From Eledone cirrhosa (Eukaryota), in assembly GCA_964016885.1 (NCBI GenBank), contig OZ024741.1, positions 70,494,001 through 70,558,000 on the forward strand: 64,000 nt of DNA, read 5' to 3'. Every line of letters begins with the position of its first letter. Position 1 is the first letter of the stretch. The notes beneath the pieces were generated by a model. That model worked only from the letters and a program-made list of their open reading frames with translations, had not been told where the DNA came from and searched no databases. This document shows positions 27,740-40,055 of the stretch, piece after piece. Both the position numbers and the translations under genes were made by a program.

Positions 27740-30700
27740 TAGTGAAGGTGGAGCCTTCAGGCTGGTGGCCGCATATTCCCCATCCGGGACACCGCGGCCA
27801 GGCTTCTTCAAACGTCTAGAGACTTTTCTGGGAACGTCCCGCTCCTTGCTTTTAGTGGGGGACTGGAATGGAATCCTAGATGCACGTTGGGACTATGTGG
27901 AAGCATGTCCCAATAAGGGGGGGGGTGTAACAGTCTCAAACAGTTAATCGGCCGATTTCGACTAGATTTTCCGACTGTGCCACTGTGGACGTGGACTAAT
28001 TCCAGCGGAACATTTAGATCGTACCGAGATAGGGTTCTAATTAGAAATAAAGATAGGGACATGTTAAGCAGTCCACAAATGTTCATGGTTGCCTATTCAG
28101 ATCACAAACTAGTGTCCTGCATGGTCAACCTTGATAGAACAAATAGACAAGGACCCGGCTACTGGAAGCTGAACTTGTCGTTACCGACATGCAAAGCCTA
28201 CAGTAGACGGATTAGCACTTTAGTTAAACAGCACTTGACAGGGACCATTGTCAACAACAGATGGTGGTACTCTCTCAAGAGGGCAGTTAGATTAGACTCG
28301 TTAGTTTTTAGTAAAGAATTATCTTTAAATAGAAATAGGACCGAGAAGGAACTGATAGATAAAGTAGAAGAGGCAATTAGAAGTGGCAACGTAGCCAGCG
28401 TGCTAGCAACGAGAACGGCCTTGGACCAGTTCTTCGACGCAAAACACGAGGGCTGCGTTGTCAGAAGCAAAATACGTGCTCTGGTAACGAGGGAGCCAAA
28501 GCTGTTAGCTGGGCCCGGACGGGGAGGCGAAGTTCTTCGAAAAGCCGATTTCAGCCGCTGAGATAGGGGGCTCGCTGAGCCAATGCGGCAAACGCAAATC
28601 TCCAGGTCTCGACGGTCTACCCTACGAATTTTACGTAGCAATGCCGGACTTGTTCTCCGGTCTCCTGGAAGCGATTTACTGCAACTGGCAGCAGAATGGG
28701 AGAATTCCCAGTTCTGTGACCAGGAGCGTAGTCACAGTAGTCAGGAAGGACGAGAATAAGGGGGATGACATAGGCAACCTCCGGCCCATAACTCTGCTAA
28801 ACACAGAGTTACAGATTTTGGCCAAGGTGTTGGCAAAGAGGCTGGCGCTTGTCGTCGAAAACCTGGTGAGAGAAGCGCAGACATGCGCAATCCCGACCAG
28901 GTCCATACACGACAACCTCCTCCTCATGCGATATATCATAGAGAGGGTAGGGTGTAAACCCGGCTTCGGTGGGGCCCTGATCAACTTGGATCAGTCTAAG
29001 GTTTTCGATAGGGTTGACCATCGTTACCTGGATGCGGTGATTGAGGCGGCAGGCTTCGGACCTGTGTTCAGGGGCTGGATTGCTGTAATGCACAACAGCA
29101 ACATCTGCTCAAGGGTCAAGGTGAACGGTTACCTCTCGGAGCCGTTCCATATCACGCGATCCATCCGACAGGGATGCCCTCTCTCCTCTCTTCTGTACGT
29201 ACTGACTCTCGAGCCACTACTGCTGAAGTTGGACCTATTGCAGGGCATCCCTCTAGAACCGGGACTGCAGAAAGCGGCGTCGGCCTACGTCGACGACGTG
29301 ACAGTAATGGTGTCGAGCACCTCGCAAATCGAGGAAGTTGGCACCTTACTGAAGGAATACGAAAGGTTCACAGGAGCAAAGCTGAACCAGGACAAGTCCG
29401 TCGGTTTGCAACTCGGATCGTGGAGAGGCAAACCGGTGCCTTCGATGGCGTCGTCGGACGCTGGACGGAAGGACCGGTAAAGCTGCTCGGGGTCTGGTTT
29501 GGTTCTGACCTCCAGGTGGAGAAAAACTGGAACGAGGTGACGGCCAAGGTGTTTGCACTCACCCAGAAGAGGGCCGAGTGCAAACTATCCTTGAAAGGTC
29601 GAGCAGAGGTGGCGAACACTTTTATAGCGTCCGTCATCTACTACCGCTTGACCGTCGTGCCTTGTCCAGCCAAAACGCTCACCAAAATGGAGTGTGCACT
29701 CTTCTAATTCCTTTGGAAGAAGCGGGCTCCTTTGGTGAGAAGATCCATCTGCTGCCAACACCCTTCCAACGGAGGGCTGGGGATGCCGTGGCTGACGATG
29801 CGCAAACACGCGCTCAGGCTGCGGCATCTCTACGTATTCCTCACCGAACAACCGGTGTGGGCCCCGTTCGTGAGGCGAGCCTTCCCACGGCTCGTCTCGG
29901 TGACCGACCTGCAGTCCTGGGTCAAGCAAAGACCAAGGAAAATGGGCGACTTGCACATCGAATGTGCTCAGGCGCTCACAGCCCTCTGGCGGGCGGACCC
30001 GGCGATCAGTGGAGACTCCACTTTGTCATTCTATAGAGGGTTGATTCGCAGCAAGTGCGACGACGCGCTCGGAGAAACTCTAGGGGTAGAGGAAGACAAC
30101 TGGCCAGTCTGTTCGATAGGACCTTCCGCCCGGGACCGATGGACAACTTCCAAAAGTTCCTGGCCTGGCGGTGCTACCGAAGAGCTCTACTAGTTCGAGA
30201 CAAGCTCTATAGACATGGGCGCCCGGGCAGGGACCCTTCGAAAAAGATCTGCCCGAGATGCGTGCGAGACGAAGAAACCGTCGCGCACGCATTCATACAC
30301 TGCCCGGGCGTTATCGACCTGTGGGGCTATGTAGAACGACTATTGTCGCGGGTGGGACCAATCCGGTTGACCACCGAATCCATTGTCATGATCAAACCAC
30401 CACCCTCCTTCAAAAACGAAGGAGAGGCGGTTTTCTTTTTGTGATAGCTATGGCGAAAGAGGTTGTATGGTGGACGAGGTTAAAAGGGCTGAGGTCAGAC
30501 ACCTTTCTCTCCGACCAACAACTGATTCTTTTTTTCAAATACCACTTTGGAAGAAGAATCAGGATGGAGAGAGAGGTGCTGTACCCCAGCAAGTTTTATG
30601 AAAGGTGGGTGAAAGTGGCGAGAATGGCCCGAGTGAATGGGCCTTCTCTCTATATCAGACTGTAGGTTGAGGAAAAGGAGGAAGAGAGAAAAGGGGTACA

Positions 30701-30900
30701 AACTCTTCGTACTCCTGGAGATGAGGGTTGCACATTTTTCGGGGGTATGTGTTACCCATATGAAATGTCTCCCCCTATTGGGGAAAATCGATTAACTTTT
30801 CAATTGCATTTGATAATATTTTACACGTTTTTATTGTATGTAAACTTCCCCCTTTGTATTTGTCCCCTTCTTTTGTGCCCCTGTGGCTAATAAAGAAACA
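27740..30900 (+). mobile_element. 5'-truncated L1/Tx1-clade LINE (APE endonuclease, RT, zinc finger), frameshifted
   Basis: GDWN, RDRVL, SDHKLV, GPGYWKLN, KSPGLDGLPYEFY, LRPITLLN, LDQSKVFDRVDH, RQGCPLS, YVDD, GGLG, CPRC..ETVAHAFIHC; AATAAA at 30889; GC-rich relative to flanks. Confidence 0.92.
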
Positions 30901-31220
30901 TATCTATCTATCTATATCTCTCTCTCTATGTGTGGGTGCATGTGTGTAACTAAGATCGTCAATTGCCTTAACCTGAACGTAGATACATCCAGATCAAACC
31001 AATTCCATCTACGAACTCAAGCAAACGTGATACATACACCTACATTCGACTTCATTCACCATACGCAAACCACGCAAGGACTTAAACCATACACGTCTTT
31101 AAAAAAAACAGTCTCAGCGTCCGTCTTTCCTTTGCCTTTCCATCGTCTTTGTACTGTGCGCCCCCTATTTTGAATTCATATTCTAAAGAATTACTCATGC
31201 GGGCTTTTTAAAAAACTATA

Positions 31221-31289
<69 letters not shown>

Positions 31290-32290
31290 AAAAGTATGTT
31301 TAGGAAGCGTGCAATGTAGAGGGAGGGGGGTAATTTAGATACCAAGTCAACAAGTTGGAAGGGAATTGATAGAGTTGAAGTAGAGAACAAATGTGGGAGA
31401 AAGAGGAAAATAAAAGGACAAAAATGACTGATCGTTGTATTAGTAATTTATTTGTTCCAATATTTCGGATTTACCATCCGTTATCAAGGGGGAACCATGG
31501 AATAATACAACGAAGAAATCGGAAATTGTCTTTCCCAGTCACTATATGTATATAGCAAAGTTGCACGCGTAAAAAACAAAAACAAATCTTACTCAGACGT
31601 TCCCTGTGGAGTACGTGTATATATGTTTTTGTCTGAGTATGGTTATAGATAACTTAGTCTATTCAATCCGTTAACTCAATGTCCAAACTACCCTGGATAT
31701 GTTTACAATGCATCCATTTATTCAGCTCTAGGTGTGTGTATGTGGGAGTGAGTAAGATATCAGCGTAAGATATCAGAGCTTTCTGAGGAAAAAAGGTCAT
31801 TGAAAGACAGCTTAGATGATGGAAGGTCAAACACCCCACATACACATGTATGTATGTATGTATGTATGTATGTATGTATGTATGTATGTATGTATGTATG
31901 TATGTATGTATGTATGTATGTATGTATGTGTGTGTGTGTGTTCTTTTGGCTTCAGAATTTTATAAATTTTTACCAATACTCTTTCATTAGAAATTAGACA
32001 ACATCAACTAGGTAGAGGTGTATGCATGTCTGCATGCATGTGTGTGCAGGTATGGATGGTATTATATGTGTAGATGTGTATGTTTTGAGTTATGTACATA
32101 TGTTTTGTATCTGTACATGTGTATGTATGTACATTGTATGTATGTGTGTGTAAAGAGAGAATTTAAAAGAGACACAGTGTGCACATTTATCAGTTATGAT
32201 TTATTAGTATGAACTATGTATAAAATGATAAATATTTTATGCATAGTTCATTCATACACCCTATATAACAATTGATGTATACATAAATGC

Positions 32291-32338
<48 letters not shown>

Positions 32339-32689
32339 TGCACACACACACACACACACGCATGCACACACACACACACACACATATACACACATACACA
32401 CACACATACACACACATTTTGTGTGGGGGTGTATTGCATTTACATATACCCAAATTATTATAAATGTGTGTATGAATGAACTATGCATGAAATATACATG
32501 TATATTACATCATATATAGGCGTTTTTACATATATATTTAATGTATATATATGTATGTAATACTCTGTATATATGATATAATATGCACTATATGTATAAT
32601 ATATATGTATGTATAATATAATGTATATATAATATATATGTATATATAATATATATGTATATATAATATATATATATATATATTAGAGA

Positions 32690-32800
32690 TTTGGATTCAC
32701 AATCTTGAGGTTCTGTGTTCGATTCCTGGACCGGGCGATGCGTTATGTCCTTGAGCAAGACACTTTATTTCACGTTGCTCCTTCTACCTGGAGTTGCGAC
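32690..32800 (+). mobile_element. Fragment of a second tRNA-derived SINE family (CORE-like)
   Basis: gttcgattcc B-box then tgtccttgagcaagacactttatttcacgttgctcc; related copy on - strand at ~58850-59180. Confidence 0.65.
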
Positions 32801-32962
32801 AGGTAGATAGTACTAGCAATTGGAAAGACCAACGGAAACATTGTTTACTCGGTCCGATTTGACGAAAGTCGATCGATATATATATATATATAATATATAT
32901 TTAATATATATATACATAGATATGTATATAAGTATATATATACATGGATATGTATATATATA

Positions 32963-33118
32963 TAAGTATGCATGTATACGTACATACATATATGTATACA
33001 GACGTACAGTAGCATGCACATATATATATATATATACATATATACATACATATGCATACAGGTACACATACATATATGCACGTATCAGTTTAGCGGCGCT
33101 TATTATAACGTCGCTTTG
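32963..33118 (-). repeat. Inverted partial monomer at the 5' end of the array
   Basis: Reverse complement of ~33296-33451 (caaagcgacgttataataagcgccgctaaactgatacgtgc...catgcatactta). Confidence 0.92.
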
Positions 33119-33162
33119 GAAAGTATATACTTTCGAACGTTCAACTATCTGGCAGATGGGTA

Positions 33163-33207
33163 AACGGTGCTGATGATAGCTAACAAGCTTGAAACTAGTA
33201 CATCGTT
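33163..33207 (+). ncRNA. Type I hammerhead ribozyme, copy 1 of 13 (others start at 33635, 34107, 34579, 35051, 35523, 35995, 36467, 36939, 37411, 37883, 38355, 38827)
   Basis: aacggtg-CTGATGA-tagct aaca agctt-GAAA-ctag-TA-catcgtt; 7-bp stem I with one GU, stem II agct/agct, palindromic stem III actagt, predicted cleavage after GUA (33200). Confidence 0.9.
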
Positions 33208-36200
33208 CCTGTGTCAGTGTTGAACAAAAAGGTGACGTGGTTGCCTTAACACCGTATGGCATAAATTCAGGCTGTTCAGTTTGTTTACAAACGAACAAAG
33301 CGACGTTATAATAAGCGCCGCTAAACTGATACGTGCATATATGTATGTGTACCTGTATGCATATGTATGTATATATGTATATATATATATATATGTGCAT
33401 GCTACTGTACGTCTGTATACATATATGTATGTACGTATACATGCATACTTACATTTAAGTAAGTGCCATACTAAGAGTGAGAAATGAAATTTCGTTTTCA
33501 TTTTGTTTCAATTTATCGTTTTCGGTATGCCTGACCGATTTAACTCACTCAATATGCAAATTAGGCTGCTCAGCCGTTAATTTTCATAAGGAAAGTATAT
33601 ACTTTCGAACGTTCAACTATCTGGCAGATGGGTAAACGGTGCTGATGATAGCTAACAAGCTTGAAACTAGTACATCGTTCCTGTGTCAGTGTTGAACAAA
33701 AAGGTGACGTGGTTGCCTTAACACCGTATGGCATAAATTCAGGCTGTTCAGTTTGTTTACAAACGAACAAAGCGACGTTATAATAAGCGCCGCTAAACTG
33801 ATACGTGCATATATGTATGTGTACCTGTATGCATATGTATGTATATATGTATATATATATATATATGTGCATGCTACTGTACGTCTGTATACATATATGT
33901 ATGTACGTATACATGCATACTTACATTTAAGTAAGTGCCATACTAAGAGTGAGAAATGAAATTTCGTTTTCATTTTGTTTCAATTTATCGTTTTCGGTAT
34001 GCCTGACCGATTTAACTCACTCAATATGCAAATTAGGCTGCTCAGCCGTTAATTTTCATAAGGAAAGTATATACTTTCGAACGTTCAACTATCTGGCAGA
34101 TGGGTAAACGGTGCTGATGATAGCTAACAAGCTTGAAACTAGTACATCGTTCCTGTGTCAGTGTTGAACAAAAAGGTGACGTGGTTGCCTTAACACCGTA
34201 TGGCATAAATTCAGGCTGTTCAGTTTGTTTACAAACGAACAAAGCGACGTTATAATAAGCGCCGCTAAACTGATACGTGCATATATGTATGTGTACCTGT
34301 ATGCATATGTATGTATATATGTATATATATATATATATGTGCATGCTACTGTACGTCTGTATACATATATGTATGTACGTATACATGCATACTTACATTT
34401 AAGTAAGTGCCATACTAAGAGTGAGAAATGAAATTTCGTTTTCATTTTGTTTCAATTTATCGTTTTCGGTATGCCTGACCGATTTAACTCACTCAATATG
34501 CAAATTAGGCTGCTCAGCCGTTAATTTTCATAAGGAAAGTATATACTTTCGAACGTTCAACTATCTGGCAGATGGGTAAACGGTGCTGATGATAGCTAAC
34601 AAGCTTGAAACTAGTACATCGTTCCTGTGTCAGTGTTGAACAAAAAGGTGACGTGGTTGCCTTAACACCGTATGGCATAAATTCAGGCTGTTCAGTTTGT
34701 TTACAAACGAACAAAGCGACGTTATAATAAGCGCCGCTAAACTGATACGTGCATATATGTATGTGTACCTGTATGCATATGTATGTATATATGTATATAT
34801 ATATATATATGTGCATGCTACTGTACGTCTGTATACATATATGTATGTACGTATACATGCATACTTACATTTAAGTAAGTGCCATACTAAGAGTGAGAAA
34901 TGAAATTTCGTTTTCATTTTGTTTCAATTTATCGTTTTCGGTATGCCTGACCGATTTAACTCACTCAATATGCAAATTAGGCTGCTCAGCCGTTAATTTT
35001 CATAAGGAAAGTATATACTTTCGAACGTTCAACTATCTGGCAGATGGGTAAACGGTGCTGATGATAGCTAACAAGCTTGAAACTAGTACATCGTTCCTGT
35101 GTCAGTGTTGAACAAAAAGGTGACGTGGTTGCCTTAACACCGTATGGCATAAATTCAGGCTGTTCAGTTTGTTTACAAACGAACAAAGCGACGTTATAAT
35201 AAGCGCCGCTAAACTGATACGTGCATATATGTATGTGTACCTGTATGCATATGTATGTATATATGTATATATATATATATATGTGCATGCTACTGTACGT
35301 CTGTATACATATATGTATGTACGTATACATGCATACTTACATTTAAGTAAGTGCCATACTAAGAGTGAGAAATGAAATTTCGTTTTCATTTTGTTTCAAT
35401 TTATCGTTTTCGGTATGCCTGACCGATTTAACTCACTCAATATGCAAATTAGGCTGCTCAGCCGTTAATTTTCATAAGGAAAGTATATACTTTCGAACGT
35501 TCAACTATCTGGCAGATGGGTAAACGGTGCTGATGATAGCTAACAAGCTTGAAACTAGTACATCGTTCCTGTGTCAGTGTTGAACAAAAAGGTGACGTGG
35601 TTGCCTTAACACCGTATGGCATAAATTCAGGCTGTTCAGTTTGTTTACAAACGAACAAAGCGACGTTATAATAAGCGCCGCTAAACTGATACGTGCATAT
35701 ATGTATGTGTACCTGTATGCATATGTATGTATATATGTATATATATATATATATGTGCATGCTACTGTACGTCTGTATACATATATGTATGTACGTATAC
35801 ATGCATACTTACATTTAAGTAAGTGCCATACTAAGAGTGAGAAATGAAATTTCGTTTTCATTTTGTTTCAATTTATCGTTTTCGGTATGCCTGACCGATT
35901 TAACTCACTCAATATGCAAATTAGGCTGCTCAGCCGTTAATTTTCATAAGGAAAGTATATACTTTCGAACGTTCAACTATCTGGCAGATGGGTAAACGGT
36001 GCTGATGATAGCTAACAAGCTTGAAACTAGTACATCGTTCCTGTGTCAGTGTTGAACAAAAAGGTGACGTGGTTGCCTTAACACCGTATGGCATAAATTC
36101 AGGCTGTTCAGTTTGTTTACAAACGAACAAAGCGACGTTATAATAAGCGCCGCTAAACTGATACGTGCATATATGTATGTGTACCTGTATGCATATGTAT

Positions 36201-38826
36201 GTATATATGTATATATATATATATATGTGCATGCTACTGTACGTCTGTATACATATATGTATGTACGTATACATGCATACTTACATTTAAGTAAGTGCCA
36301 TACTAAGAGTGAGAAATGAAATTTCGTTTTCATTTTGTTTCAATTTATCGTTTTCGGTATGCCTGACCGATTTAACTCACTCAATATGCAAATTAGGCTG
36401 CTCAGCCGTTAATTTTCATAAGGAAAGTATATACTTTCGAACGTTCAACTATCTGGCAGATGGGTAAACGGTGCTGATGATAGCTAACAAGCTTGAAACT
36501 AGTACATCGTTCCTGTGTCAGTGTTGAACAAAAAGGTGACGTGGTTGCCTTAACACCGTATGGCATAAATTCAGGCTGTTCAGTTTGTTTACAAACGAAC
36601 AAAGCGACGTTATAATAAGCGCCGCTAAACTGATACGTGCATATATGTATGTGTACCTGTATGCATATGTATGTATATATGTATATATATATATATATGT
36701 GCATGCTACTGTACGTCTGTATACATATATGTATGTACGTATACATGCATACTTACATTTAAGTAAGTGCCATACTAAGAGTGAGAAATGAAATTTCGTT
36801 TTCATTTTGTTTCAATTTATCGTTTTCGGTATGCCTGACCGATTTAACTCACTCAATATGCAAATTAGGCTGCTCAGCCGTTAATTTTCATAAGGAAAGT
36901 ATATACTTTCGAACGTTCAACTATCTGGCAGATGGGTAAACGGTGCTGATGATAGCTAACAAGCTTGAAACTAGTACATCGTTCCTGTGTCAGTGTTGAA
37001 CAAAAAGGTGACGTGGTTGCCTTAACACCGTATGGCATAAATTCAGGCTGTTCAGTTTGTTTACAAACGAACAAAGCGACGTTATAATAAGCGCCGCTAA
37101 ACTGATACGTGCATATATGTATGTGTACCTGTATGCATATGTATGTATATATGTATATATATATATATATGTGCATGCTACTGTACGTCTGTATACATAT
37201 ATGTATGTACGTATACATGCATACTTACATTTAAGTAAGTGCCATACTAAGAGTGAGAAATGAAATTTCGTTTTCATTTTGTTTCAATTTATCGTTTTCG
37301 GTATGCCTGACCGATTTAACTCACTCAATATGCAAATTAGGCTGCTCAGCCGTTAATTTTCATAAGGAAAGTATATACTTTCGAACGTTCAACTATCTGG
37401 CAGATGGGTAAACGGTGCTGATGATAGCTAACAAGCTTGAAACTAGTACATCGTTCCTGTGTCAGTGTTGAACAAAAAGGTGACGTGGTTGCCTTAACAC
37501 CGTATGGCATAAATTCAGGCTGTTCAGTTTGTTTACAAACGAACAAAGCGACGTTATAATAAGCGCCGCTAAACTGATACGTGCATATATGTATGTGTAC
37601 CTGTATGCATATGTATGTATATATGTATATATATATATATATGTGCATGCTACTGTACGTCTGTATACATATATGTATGTACGTATACATGCATACTTAC
37701 ATTTAAGTAAGTGCCATACTAAGAGTGAGAAATGAAATTTCGTTTTCATTTTGTTTCAATTTATCGTTTTCGGTATGCCTGACCGATTTAACTCACTCAA
37801 TATGCAAATTAGGCTGCTCAGCCGTTAATTTTCATAAGGAAAGTATATACTTTCGAACGTTCAACTATCTGGCAGATGGGTAAACGGTGCTGATGATAGC
37901 TAACAAGCTTGAAACTAGTACATCGTTCCTGTGTCAGTGTTGAACAAAAAGGTGACGTGGTTGCCTTAACACCGTATGGCATAAATTCAGGCTGTTCAGT
38001 TTGTTTACAAACGAACAAAGCGACGTTATAATAAGCGCCGCTAAACTGATACGTGCATATATGTATGTGTACCTGTATGCATATGTATGTATATATGTAT
38101 ATATATATATATATGTGCATGCTACTGTACGTCTGTATACATATATGTATGTACGTATACATGCATACTTACATTTAAGTAAGTGCCATACTAAGAGTGA
38201 GAAATGAAATTTCGTTTTCATTTTGTTTCAATTTATCGTTTTCGGTATGCCTGACCGATTTAACTCACTCAATATGCAAATTAGGCTGCTCAGCCGTTAA
38301 TTTTCATAAGGAAAGTATATACTTTCGAACGTTCAACTATCTGGCAGATGGGTAAACGGTGCTGATGATAGCTAACAAGCTTGAAACTAGTACATCGTTC
38401 CTGTGTCAGTGTTGAACAAAAAGGTGACGTGGTTGCCTTAACACCGTATGGCATAAATTCAGGCTGTTCAGTTTGTTTACAAACGAACAAAGCGACGTTA
38501 TAATAAGCGCCGCTAAACTGATACGTGCATATATGTATGTGTACCTGTATGCATATGTATGTATATATGTATATATATATATATATGTGCATGCTACTGT
38601 ACGTCTGTATACATATATGTATGTACGTATACATGCATACTTACATTTAAGTAAGTGCCATACTAAGAGTGAGAAATGAAATTTCGTTTTCATTTTGTTT
38701 CAATTTATCGTTTTCGGTATGCCTGACCGATTTAACTCACTCAATATGCAAATTAGGCTGCTCAGCCGTTAATTTTCATAAGGAAAGTATATACTTTCGA
38801 ACGTTCAACTATCTGGCAGATGGGTA

Positions 38827-38871
38827 AACGGTGCTGATGATAGCTAACAAGCTTGAAACTAGTACATCGTT
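38827..38871 (+). ncRNA. Type I hammerhead ribozyme, last (13th) copy in the array
   Basis: Same sequence as 33163-33207. Confidence 0.9.
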
Positions 38872-39174
38872 CCTGTGTCAGTGTTGAACAAAAAGGTGAC
38901 GTGGTTGCCTTAACACCGTATGGCATAAATTCAGGCTGTTCAGTTTGTTTACAAACGAACAAAGCGACGTTATAATAAGCGCCGCTAAACTGATACGTGC
39001 ATATATGTATGTGTACCTGTATGCATATGTATGTATATATGTATATATATATATATATGTGCATGCTACTGTACGTCTGTATACATATATGTATGTACGT
39101 ATACATGCATACTTACATTTAAGTAAGTGCCATACTAAGAGTGAGAAATGAAATTTCGTTTTCATTTTGTTTCA

Positions 39175-39230
<56 letters not shown>

Positions 39231-39315
39231 GGATATGTATATAAGTATATATATATAATGTATGTATATATATATACGTTTACATGTATATATATGATGT
39301 ATATGTACATATGTA

Positions 39316-39347
<32 letters not shown>

Positions 39348-39899
39348 ATAAACGTATATACATATATATATGTATATATGTATATATATGTATATACATA
39401 TAATGTGCAGGTGTGTGTCTTTATTACTTTAATGGTATCACAAAGCCAGCCACATTACTATATCACTGTCTGACCCTGTGGTAACCTACTTAACTATTGT
39501 TGCTGTCAAACATTGGTTCAGTTATCGTGGTCTCCGTATTAACCTCACACCCCCATACCGCCTCTTCACTCCCCTCATTCCTATCTCTCTCTGCCTTACT
39601 CTCTATCTCTCCCAACCAACATCTCCCTGTCTCTCCCAACCAACACCTCCCTGTCTCTCCCTTTAAATTCATATTTCACTTTTCTACTCCTCATAGCCTC
39701 ACTTACTTGTTAGGAATTTACTTTGCCCTGATTCTCACCACCCCACCGATCTCTCTCTCTCACACATACCCCTCCCCCCTCTCTCTCTCTCTCATGTATA
39801 TCTCTTTTACCTGTTTCAGCCATCCGACTGAGGCCATTCTGGGGCACCTTAAAAACAAACGTTACTATAATTTGGCTAAACGTTACTATAATTTAATAT

Positions 39900-40055
39900 A
39901 TAAATGGCTTCTACAGGACTAGAGCTGTTTCATTCGAAGGAAATCATCCCTTCGACTGAAACAGTTCTAGTCCTGTAGAAGCAATTTCTATATTAAATTT
40001 TCTATATACTCTACTAATGTATTGAGTACCTTACTTACTATGGTTACCTCCGACA
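39900..40055. repeat. Palindromic remnant of the 3594-3713 family
   Basis: ttctacaggactagagctgtttca...tgaaacagttctagtcctgtagaa followed by gtattgagtaccttacttact. Confidence 0.7.

Larger units (their letters stand above)
33118..39180 (+). mobile_element. Tandem array of ~12.85 x 472-bp monomers, each with a type I hammerhead (non-LTR retrozyme-like element)
   Basis: The ORF track repeats at an exact 472-bp period; hammerheads start at 33163 + 472n (n = 0-12). Confidence 0.9.

Noticed and set aside
33118-39180. Array as a CRISPR locus or tandem protein-coding genes
   Set aside because: There are no unique spacers or cas genes and the context is eukaryotic; the repeated ORFs are low-complexity and motif-free
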